Shown: positions 1-7,383 of the stretch, piece after piece | Position numbering within the stretch: the first letter of the stretch is position 1 | How the letters are laid out: every line of letters starts with the position of its first letter | From: Bacilli bacterium | GTDB lineage: Bacteria > Bacillota_I > Bacilli_A > RFN20 > UBA1709 | DNA length: 64,000 bases | Direction of reading: 5' to 3' | Assembly: GCA_050949315.1 (NCBI GenBank) | Contig: JBMNFL010000001.1 | Span: forward strand, 128,001-192,000 | The notes under the pieces: generated by a model | What the model saw: only the letters and a program-made list of their open reading frames with translations | Database searches by the model: none | Told to the model about the DNA's origin: nothing | Made by a program: the position numbers and the translations under genes

Positions 1-846
1 TATGTTAAGCGAAAATGGTTCTTGATTATTAAACAAAAACATTCTATCAAAGGCGTTCAAATATTTGGTTAAGGTGTTTTTGCTAATTGAATCGGCATCG
101 TTTTCTATAATATCTCTTAAAATGCTCTGATTAGATGCTGTTGTTGTTTCGTTTCTAGCTAATGATTTGAGAATTAATTTTGCTTTATGTTCGTTATAAT
201 CTATGTCTTTGTCCAATTTTTTTAGGTCGGTTTTTGCTATATTTTCCATATAACTAATGGCAAGTTCACCACAGTCATCTTCAAGAGCATCAATATTTCC
301 GGGCCAACCACCGCGAATTATTAAGTATGCTAATCTTTCAAGTTTTGTTTCTTCTAGAAGTTTTGATTCAAATTTGTTTTCACATAAATCCTTTAAAGAT
401 ATTAGGCCAGTAGAATCACCTGATTCATATAAAGACATCGTGTTCATTCTGATGCTTTTAATTCTTCCTGTACCACTATGCAAAATGCCCTTATCTACAG
501 GAGTTGATGAGCCAGTTAAAATAATTTGTCCCTTTTCGCCACTTTTATCTACGAAAGACCTTACGGCATCCCATAGTGCTGGCACTTCCTGCCATTCATC
601 AATTAAGCGTGGCTTGTTGCCTTGGAGTACTGTATAAGGCTCGGTTTCAGCTAACAATCTATTAGAAAAGTTACCCGAGGGATCACCAACAAGAAATTCA
701 CTATTGGCATGATATGAAGAGGTCCATGTTTTCCCACACCATTTAGGTCCCTCAATGCAAATCGCTCCAAATATTCTTAAGTTTTTCTTAACTAAGGAAT
801 CAACTATCCTTGATTTGTATTTTGATTTGTTAACCACTTTTTTCAT
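1..846 (-). CDS. AAA+ ATPase, AAA_14/DUF4143-type ATP-binding protein (runs off window edge, partial)
   Basis: Manual minus-strand translation from ATG at 846: MKKVVNKSKYKSRIVDSLVKKNLRIFGAICIEGPKWCGKT (Walker A) ... RLIDEWQEVPALWDAVR (Walker B) ... IILTGSS. RBS GAGGTG. Absent from the ORF track because there is no stop in the window. Confidence 0.85.
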   Translation of the reverse strand, partial: MKKVVNKSKYKSRIVDSLVKKNLRIFGAICIEGPKWCGKTWTSSYHANSEFLVGDPSGNFSNRLLAETEPYTVLQGNKPRLIDEWQEVPALWDAVRSFVDKSGEKGQIILTGSSTPVDKGILHSGTGRIKSIRMNTMSLYESGDSTGLISLKDLCENKFESKLLEETKLERLAYLIIRGGWPGNIDALEDDCGELAISYMENIAKTDLKKLDKDIDYNEHKAKLILKSLARNETTTASNQSILRDIIENDADSISKNTLTKYLNAFDRMFLFNNQEPFSLNI

Positions 847-874
847 AGTATTCACCTCATCGCAAGCTGATAGT

Positions 875-903
875 AGTATAGCATAAAGATAAACATTAAT
901 CAA
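875..903 (-). promoter_or_regulatory. Putative sigma-A promoter of the AAA ATPase gene
   Basis: Minus strand TTGATT-17bp-TATACT with extended -10 (TGCTATACT). Confidence 0.55.
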
Positions 904-905
904 CC

Positions 906-968
906 AAACTGACCAACATTTCGGGTTAAAACTGACCAACATTTCAGACTAAAACTGACCAACATTTC
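906..968. repeat. Three identical 17-bp direct repeats AAACTGACCAACATTTC, 23-bp period
   Basis: Copies at 906-922, 929-945 and 952-968, with variable 6-bp spacers. Confidence 0.95.
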
Positions 969-1074
969 ATAAAACAGGAGAAAATCGACCAATTTGTGAT
1001 AGTAATAAAATGAACAAAAATGTCTTTTTATATTAAAAAGTTCTGACATATTATCAGAATTCTACTTTATTAAG

Positions 1075-1151
1075 TGGCGTCGCCGAGCAGATTCGAACTG
1101 CTGACCTTCCGCTTAGGAGGCGGACGCTCTATCCAGCTGAGCTACGGCGAC
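1075..1151 (-). tRNA. tRNA-Arg(CCT)
   Basis: Reverse complement GTCGCCGTAGCTCAGCTGGATAGAGCGTCCGCCTCCTAAGCGGAAGGTCAGCAGTTCGAATCTGCTCGGCGACGCCA. Cloverleaf, anticodon CCT, encoded CCA. Confidence 0.97.
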
Positions 1152-1268
1152 ATCCGCTCAAAAATATAGCATGTAATCAGTAAAAAATCAATTGTTTAAA
1201 ATAAGGGGTCTGAGTCTTTATTTTCTTAAAAATTAATGCTACAATGGAATGGATTTGGAGGAAGTGCT

Positions 1269-1730
1269 ATGAAGAAATTATTTAAAGAGTTCAAGGACTT
1301 CATTAATCGTGGAAATGCTTTAGCTTTGGCTATTGGTGTTATCATCGGTGGCGCCTTTTCGTCGGTTGTTGGTGCGATAAATAGCAAAATTATCTCACCA
1401 TTGATCGGCTTACTTATCGGTGATGCTGATCTGAGCAATTCTTTGATTACGGTTTTAAAAACAGATGCTGAGGGCAATGTGACTAACGCCATCTATTGGG
1501 GTGCTTTTTTACAAGCGGTCATTGATTTTATTCTCATCGCTTTAATTCTATTTATTATCAGTAAGATTGTTTTGACAGTGGTTGCTAAGGCTAAAGAAGT
1601 TGTTGATAAGGGGCATGATGAAGAAGTAGTTGTGGCTTCTGAACCAGAACCTGAGCCGGTTAAACCAGCCACGGAAGTTTTACTAGAAGAGATTAGAGAT
1701 TTATTAAAGGAAGAAAAGAACGCAAAATAA
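1269..1730 (+). CDS. mscL: Large-conductance mechanosensitive channel
   Basis: MKKLFKEFKDFINRGNALALAIGVIIGGAF...LLEEIRDLLK signature. Start moved to ATG 1269 after RBS GGAGG. Confidence 0.95.
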   Translation: MKKLFKEFKDFINRGNALALAIGVIIGGAFSSVVGAINSKIISPLIGLLIGDADLSNSLITVLKTDAEGNVTNAIYWGAFLQAVIDFILIALILFIISKIVLTVVAKAKEVVDKGHDEEVVVASEPEPEPVKPATEVLLEEIRDLLKEEKNAK

Positions 1731-1738
1731 AGAACAAG

Positions 1739-2050
1739 TTATTGCTTGTTCCTTAGGATATAGTTGTAGATATTACGAATGTTTTCCCAGTCTTGTTTGA
1801 AGGTGTCAACCCGTTTGATGCCTTTTTCCTTAATGCGATAGTAATTGCGGATACGACCATTGACTTCAACGTTATAGGTTTCTAATTCCCCAGCAGCTTC
1901 TAGACGTCTAAGAATAGGGTAGAGGGTGGATTCAGAAATTTTAACAATAGGGGAAAGACGAGCGATTATTTTATAGCCATAAGAAGGCGTGCTTCGTAAA
2001 ATGGTCAAAACAAAAATTTCCAGATTATCTTTTTCCAGTTTTGTTAACAC
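1739..2050 (-). CDS. PadR family transcriptional regulator
   Basis: YGYKI...ISESTLYPILRRLE...GRIRNYYRI motif. Confidence 0.9.
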   Translation of the reverse strand: MLTKLEKDNLEIFVLTILRSTPSYGYKIIARLSPIVKISESTLYPILRRLEAAGELETYNVEVNGRIRNYYRIKEKGIKRVDTFKQDWENIRNIYNYILRNKQ

Positions 2051-2075
2051 AGTTTCGCCCCCTTATTTTTTGATA

Positions 2076-2095
2076 TTATACAATGCGTAGTATAA
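2076..2095. promoter_or_regulatory. Palindrome TTATAC-N8-GTATAA, probable PadR autoregulatory operator
   Basis: Inverted repeat overlapping a minus-strand TATAAT (2075-2080) just upstream of padR. Confidence 0.5.
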
Positions 2096-2168
2096 GCTTT
2101 CAAGCCTTAAAATATAAAAATCTATTTTATTTTAAAAATCTTAGGTATAATAAGACAAGGTGATGTTG

Positions 2169-3293
2169 ATGAAGAAATATATTTTTGCCGATTATAACAA
2201 TTCTTTGGTCAATCTTATCGCTTCAATTGGCAAGAGTTATGGCTTAGAAATGACAGCCACTAGTCTTGAACTTTTAGATAGGGAACTGGCCAAAAATTAT
2301 CGCAGTGTTGTCCTGTTACTGCTCGATGGCATGGGCTCTTTTATCATGGATAAACATCTTAGTAAAGATAGTTTCCTACAAAGGAAAAAAGTAGCCGATT
2401 ATTCATCGGTTTTTCCATCGACAACAGCCGCGGCAACTACCGTTTTAACTTCGGGAAAATCGCCAATTGAAACGGGCTGGCTTGGCTGGCACCAATATTT
2501 TCCTCAGGTGGATCATGATGTCATTTTATTTACCGGACGCGGTTATTATGATGAGCGACTAGAAGAACCAAACCCCGCTTATAAATATTTAAGTTACGAA
2601 ACTTTTGTTCAGCGCTTGAGAAATAAAGGGATAGAAGCGACAACACTTTATCCGAAGTGGTCAAAAGAGAATCCCACGCGTAGTAAAGGTGCTTTTTTTC
2701 GGCAAATTAAACGCTTTGTAAAAAGGGGTCAAAATCGCCAATATCTATATGCCTATTGGGATAACCCTGACCATTTGATGCATGAGTTTGGAACTGATGA
2801 TTTACGTGTTAAAAAAATGCTTAGGGATGTAGATAAACGAATTGAAAGGTTATCTAAAAAACTACCGGCTGATGCCCTGTTAATTGTTACAGCCGATCAT
2901 GGGCATCACGATGTAAAAAGCTTATATTTAAACGAGTATCCTGATTTTTTGAAAACGCTTGTTCGCTTGCCAAGTATTGATTCTCGCAACTCCACTTTTT
3001 TCGTGCGCGAGGATAAAAATAAGGAGTTTGAAGCCTTATTTGAAGAATATTTTGCTTCCTATTTTTTACTGATTAAGAAGGAAGATGTTCTCAAACAAAA
3101 GCTGTTTGGTTTAGGTAGTCCCCATCCCTTAGCTTTAGACTTTATCGGTGATTATCAGGCCGTGGCTATCGATGACTATCAATTCTCTTATAAGAGTGAA
3201 GATGATAAAGCCAACTCTTTTGAAATGAAGGCAGCCCATGCCGGGATTTTAGAAGATGAGATGATTATTCCGCTTATTTTAATTCATCGCTAG
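2169..3293 (+). CDS. Alkaline phosphatase superfamily / type I phosphodiesterase-nucleotide pyrophosphatase
   Basis: LLLLDGMG, SVFPSTTAAATT, DHLMHEFG, VTADHGH and AHAG motifs. Confidence 0.85.
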   Translation: MKKYIFADYNNSLVNLIASIGKSYGLEMTATSLELLDRELAKNYRSVVLLLLDGMGSFIMDKHLSKDSFLQRKKVADYSSVFPSTTAAATTVLTSGKSPIETGWLGWHQYFPQVDHDVILFTGRGYYDERLEEPNPAYKYLSYETFVQRLRNKGIEATTLYPKWSKENPTRSKGAFFRQIKRFVKRGQNRQYLYAYWDNPDHLMHEFGTDDLRVKKMLRDVDKRIERLSKKLPADALLIVTADHGHHDVKSLYLNEYPDFLKTLVRLPSIDSRNSTFFVREDKNKEFEALFEEYFASYFLLIKKEDVLKQKLFGLGSPHPLALDFIGDYQAVAIDDYQFSYKSEDDKANSFEMKAAHAGILEDEMIIPLILIHR

Positions 3294-3367
3294 ATTCAAG
3301 GTGTATTTATTGCTATTTAGTTTTTATTGAACTAGAATTACTCAATATAGAAAGGTGGTAATATCAA

Positions 3368-4792
3368 GTGCCTAAACAATTTTCAACTTATCTACAAGCC
3401 AAGTTACCTTTACTAGAAAAATTGCTGGCCAAACTGGCTGAAAGATATGCCTATTGTTCAATTTTGGGCTGTGATTCGCAGGGGAAGTCTATCGCGGTCC
3501 TTACTAATTCTACTATTATTAATGACAATCCTTTTGCCGAACGCGGTTTTGTTATTCGTGTTCATAACGGTCTCAATTATGCGGAATATTCATTTAACGA
3601 ACTCAGTGAAGAAAATATAGCAACCATCCTTAAGAAAGTTGCAACTGAGTTAGAGTTAAGCGAAGAATATAAACAGTCAAAAGCTATCAAATTAGAAGAA
3701 TACAAACTCTTTGAAGAAGAAAAGATTCGTCAAGATTTCAAGCGGGTTTATCAAGGAGAGAAACCGCCACTTGCTACTGTTGTCAATAGACTAAGCGCAG
3801 TTAAAGATCACTTACAAAAAAGAGAAAATGTCCTCAATGCCACTGTTAATTATCAACAATTAGATATCAGCAAATGTTTTCTTTCCAAAGATAAACACTT
3901 AACCCAGTTTTATAGTTGGGCGGTAGGTGTTGTCGCGGCCTTAGTTAAAAAGGAAGAGGATGTGCGCTATTCTTATGTTTCAAGTTCCGGTGTTGAGCCC
4001 AATCAAGTCTTGAAGGAGTTGGATGATTTAGAAGCTAAGGCCTATCAGGATGCTATGGATTTGCTGGGAAGTTTACCGCCTAAAGCTGGTGTTTATGATA
4101 TTATCGCTTGTCCGGATATCACCGGTTTAATCGCCCATGAGGCCTTTGGTCATGGGGTTGAGATGGATATGTTTGTTAAAGGCCGGGCCAAAGGTCAGGA
4201 GTATCTTAATAAAAGGGTGGCCTCTGATTTAGTGACTATGCATGAGGGGGCCAAGGGCGAACAATTACAAGTATCCTCATATTTCTTTGATGATGAGGGA
4301 AACTTAGCCCAAGACACGATTGAAATCTCTAAAGGTATTCTCAAAACTGGAGTCAGTGATGCTTTATCGGCTTTAATTTTAGGGACGAAACCAACAGGGA
4401 ATGGTAAGCGTCAATCCTTTGAACGCAAGGCCTACGCAAGAATGACGGCCACGTATTTTGAAGCAGGTAAACACAGTTTAGAAGAGATGATTGCCTCAAT
4501 TAAGGAGGGCTTTTTGATCAGTGTTGGTTATAGCGGTATGGAGGATCCCAAAAATTGGGGTATCCAACTGGCGGCCTTGATAGGACGGGAGATCAAAGAT
4601 GGTAAATTAACCGGTAAAGTAGTCTCACCGATTATGATGACTGGTTATGTCCCTGATTTATTGGGTTCTATTTCTATGCTCAGTGACTCGGTTGAACTTT
4701 TTGGGTCGGGAATGTGTGGTAAAGGTTATAAAGAATGGGTCAAAGTCTCCGATGGTGGACCCTATTTGAAAGCGCGGGTGAATATAGGATGA
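3368..4792 (+). CDS. tldD: TldD/PmbA family metalloprotease, catalytic subunit
   Basis: HEAFGHGVEMD zinc motif, FDDEG, TGNGKRQ, C-terminal GMCGK. Confidence 0.9.
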   Translation: MPKQFSTYLQAKLPLLEKLLAKLAERYAYCSILGCDSQGKSIAVLTNSTIINDNPFAERGFVIRVHNGLNYAEYSFNELSEENIATILKKVATELELSEEYKQSKAIKLEEYKLFEEEKIRQDFKRVYQGEKPPLATVVNRLSAVKDHLQKRENVLNATVNYQQLDISKCFLSKDKHLTQFYSWAVGVVAALVKKEEDVRYSYVSSSGVEPNQVLKELDDLEAKAYQDAMDLLGSLPPKAGVYDIIACPDITGLIAHEAFGHGVEMDMFVKGRAKGQEYLNKRVASDLVTMHEGAKGEQLQVSSYFFDDEGNLAQDTIEISKGILKTGVSDALSALILGTKPTGNGKRQSFERKAYARMTATYFEAGKHSLEEMIASIKEGFLISVGYSGMEDPKNWGIQLAALIGREIKDGKLTGKVVSPIMMTGYVPDLLGSISMLSDSVELFGSGMCGKGYKEWVKVSDGGPYLKARVNIG

Positions 4793-6078
4793 TTGAACTT
4801 ATTAAAAAGGTTTTAGCCACTTATCCTCAGGTTGAGTGGACAATCAATGAGGAGAGTGTTTCTTCTTATGAGTTATTTTTTGTTCGGCGTTTACTGCAGA
4901 TGAATAGGGCTAAAGATGTTAAACACTATAGGCTCAGTGTCTATGTTGAACAAGCTGGTTTTAAGGGAACGGCTGATTTTGCAATTCATCCTGGTGCGAA
5001 AGAAGAGGAAGTAAAAAGATTGATCGAGGAAGGTGTCTACGCTGCCTCTTTAGCTAAGAACAAGACTTTTGTCTTGCCTAGCCCAAAAAAGCTTAAACTT
5101 AAGAGCCGAGTGTCAAATATGGATGAGCAAGAACTTTCTGTGTTGGCTTTAAGGATTGCCGAGGCGGTTTTTAAAAATGATACCGAAGAAAAAGGTTTCT
5201 TAAATGCCACAGAGGTCTTTGTCAACCGCAAGTCTTTGCGGGTCTATAATTCTAACGGAATTGATTATAGTAAGACCTCCACTGAGGGACAGGTAGAATA
5301 TATAACAACCTATAGGGGTTCTAAAGAAGAGATTGAACTCTATCGTTTCTTAGAGTTTACCGATTTCTCGGCCGCAAGAATTGCCGCTGATGTCAAAGAA
5401 CAGTTTAGGATTGCTAAATATCGGGCGGAAGCTAAGGAAATGAAGAATTTCACCAATATCAATGTCGTCTTTAATGCCGCGGACATCCGCGAGTTAATGA
5501 ATTACTATTATTGTATGCGTAGCAATGTGCGAAACATCTATAATCATAGTTCTGATTGGCAGGTAGGCGTGGCGGTTCAAGATTTAGACGCCAAAGGCGA
5601 TAAGTTAAATCTTAGCCTTAACCCTGATCAAAAAGGCTCGACTGGAAACTGTCCTTTTGATCGTCTGGGTTCTAGCAATGAAAAGGTGGAGATAATTAAA
5701 GATGGCAAGGTCGCGGCTCTTTGGGGTTCTAGTATTTATGGACAATATCTTGGTTATGAGACCAAGGTTAATACCAATAACGTGGAACTTGGTTTAGGAA
5801 GTTTAAGTGATGAAGACTTAGAAAAAGAGCCTTATTTAGAGTTGTTATCCCTGTCGGGTTTACAGGTTGATGATGTGACAGGTAGTTTTGGTAGTGAAAT
5901 TCGTCTAGCACTCTATCATGAAAAGGGTAAGATCACGCCTTATTATGGCAGTTCAATCAACGGCTTTTTAAAGGAAGTCAGTTCTTCTTGGCAGTTCAGC
6001 CAGCAAAAAGTCCAAATAAACCATTATCATGGTCCGAAAAAACTTCTAATAAAAGGTGTTAATATTTTCGGAAAGTAA
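4789..6078 (+). CDS. TldD-related (TldE/PmbA-like) non-catalytic partner
   Basis: ATGA overlap with tldD. Similar length, PFDRLG/IIKDGKV/TGSFGSEIRLA motifs, no HExxH. Confidence 0.8.
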   Translation: MIELIKKVLATYPQVEWTINEESVSSYELFFVRRLLQMNRAKDVKHYRLSVYVEQAGFKGTADFAIHPGAKEEEVKRLIEEGVYAASLAKNKTFVLPSPKKLKLKSRVSNMDEQELSVLALRIAEAVFKNDTEEKGFLNATEVFVNRKSLRVYNSNGIDYSKTSTEGQVEYITTYRGSKEEIELYRFLEFTDFSAARIAADVKEQFRIAKYRAEAKEMKNFTNINVVFNAADIRELMNYYYCMRSNVRNIYNHSSDWQVGVAVQDLDAKGDKLNLSLNPDQKGSTGNCPFDRLGSSNEKVEIIKDGKVAALWGSSIYGQYLGYETKVNTNNVELGLGSLSDEDLEKEPYLELLSLSGLQVDDVTGSFGSEIRLALYHEKGKITPYYGSSINGFLKEVSSSWQFSQQKVQINHYHGPKKLLIKGVNIFGK

Positions 6079-6096
6079 GCATAAGAGTTTTCTTGA

Positions 6097-6125
6097 GGGA
6101 GTGGAGATAATTCTACTCCTTTTTA
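6097..6125 (+). terminator. Probable intrinsic terminator after the tld pair
   Basis: GGAGTGGA-loop-TCTACTCC followed by a T run. Confidence 0.6.
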
Positions 6126-6181
6126 TTTTGATAAAAATGGTTTATTTTATAGAAATTTGTTATACTAAAAAAGGTGATCTT

Positions 6182-6685
6182 ATGCTCAATTTTATTGCGC
6201 AGCGCCGCCACGATGAATGTGGTCTTGCCTGCATGTTAATGATTTTGCAGTATTATGATTGTCCTTTAAATTATTTAGCTCTGCGTTTTTTAAGCCCTAA
6301 GCAGCCATCTTTTTATGACATGCATTATCTCTTTTGTTTATTAGGATTAACATCAAGTTCCTATTTGGTGAAGGATTGTGCTTTAAAAAGAATTGATACT
6401 CTACCGGTAATTCTGCACTTGCGGGGCTTTTTTGCTTGTCATTATGTGGTTTTAGAAAAGATAGAAGGAAAGAAGGCCTTGGTAGCAAATCCTGCTGCTT
6501 TTGGCAAGCGCTTTATGAGTTTAAAGAAATTACAAAGAGTTTGGACGGGTTATTATTTAGTGGTCAAAGGGCCGAAAATAAGTTCAAAAAAGTTGCCAGC
6601 ATCTTTGGCTTATCCCTGGCGTTTTTTGGCTAGCACACTTTTACTTACGGCTTTGTTCTTCTTTTTATTTTGTTGGCTTTTTTAA
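6182..6685 (+). CDS. Standalone C39-family cysteine peptidase domain protein with C-terminal TM helix
   Basis: AQRRHDECGLACMLMILQYY, LPVILH, HYVVL, ANPA and WTGYYL motifs; hydrophobic C-terminus. Start ATG 6182 after AAGGTG. Confidence 0.8.
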   Translation: MLNFIAQRRHDECGLACMLMILQYYDCPLNYLALRFLSPKQPSFYDMHYLFCLLGLTSSSYLVKDCALKRIDTLPVILHLRGFFACHYVVLEKIEGKKALVANPAAFGKRFMSLKKLQRVWTGYYLVVKGPKISSKKLPASLAYPWRFLASTLLLTALFFFLFCWLF

Positions 6686-6712
6686 GCAAGAAAAAGGTGT
6701 TATAATTAAACT

Positions 6713-7189
6713 ATGAGAATTAAGATTCATTATCAGAATGAGTTAGAACAAAAACTCGTTGGCTACCAGAAACTTTTTCGGCAAATTTCTCTTGTCGTTT
6801 TTGCCCATGAAAGAATGGGTGGCAGTTATGAATTATCGCTTAGTATTGTGAGCGAAGAAAAGATCAGGGAATTTAATAGGACTTATCGAGCAATTGATGA
6901 GGTTACTGATGTTTTGAGCTTTGCTCAACTAGAGGGGGTAAACTATACCTTACCTAAGGATATGCCCTTACCTTTAGGGGATATTTTAATATGTTATAAT
7001 CAGGCTAAAAAGCAGGCTAGCGCCTATGGCCATAGTATCCGTCGCGAGATGGCTTTCCTTTTCACTCACGGCCTTTTACACCTTTTAGGCTATGATCATA
7101 TGAATGAGAAAGATGAGAAAAAAATGTTTACTCTTCAAGAAAGAATTTTGAATAAGTTGGGTATTAGGAAACAAGAAAGATATGTTTAA
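6713..7189 (+). CDS. ybeY: rRNA maturation endoribonuclease YbeY
   Basis: TDVLSF, LGDILIC, HGLLHLLGYDH. Confidence 0.97.
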   Translation: MRIKIHYQNELEQKLVGYQKLFRQISLVVFAHERMGGSYELSLSIVSEEKIREFNRTYRAIDEVTDVLSFAQLEGVNYTLPKDMPLPLGDILICYNQAKKQASAYGHSIRREMAFLFTHGLLHLLGYDHMNEKDEKKMFTLQERILNKLGIRKQERYV

Positions 7190-7313
7190 AAAAACTAAAA
7201 TCCTTATTTAAAAAACGCAAAAATACTTATCTTTTATTACATGCGTGGCTACTGCAAACTAAAATATAATAAAAGATATTGAGATTTGTTTAGCCCAATT
7301 TGTTTTGTGTTTA

Positions 7314-7348
7314 TACAGTGACATTTACAGTGACATTTACAGTGACAT
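7314..7348. repeat. 3x 12-bp tandem repeat TACAGTGACAT(T) over the promoter -35 region
   Basis: Copies start at 7314, 7326 and 7338. The middle copy supplies GTGACA (7330-7335) 17 bp before TATAAT (7353-7358). Confidence 0.95.
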
Positions 7349-7383
7349 ATTGTATAATAACAATTAGAAAAGGAGTGGTTTAT

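Noticed and set aside
257-637. 126-aa plus-strand ORF
   Set aside because: Antisense shadow of the AAA ATPase gene.
906-968. Repeat array as a CRISPR
   Set aside because: Repeats are 17 bp and spacers only 6 bp, with no cas genes; too short for CRISPR.
1620-1665. EPEPEP repeat in the MscL C-terminus
   Set aside because: An ordinary variable linker with no matching DNA motif seen elsewhere.
4789-4792. Genetic code 4 (TGA=Trp), given the Mollicutes-like gene content
   Set aside because: TGA ends tldD, dnaE and others at the expected positions, and Trp is encoded by TGG.
7182-7270. Possible dgkA 5' remnant (ATG TTT AAA AAA...) overlapping the ybeY end
   Set aside because: Only 9 codons before a stop, and the similarity is too weak to support.
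7300-7383. N-terminal extension MFCVYTVTFTVTFTVTY of the 474-aa ORF
   Set aside because: It is the promoter repeat array read in frame. The -10 box and RBS point to ATG 7384.
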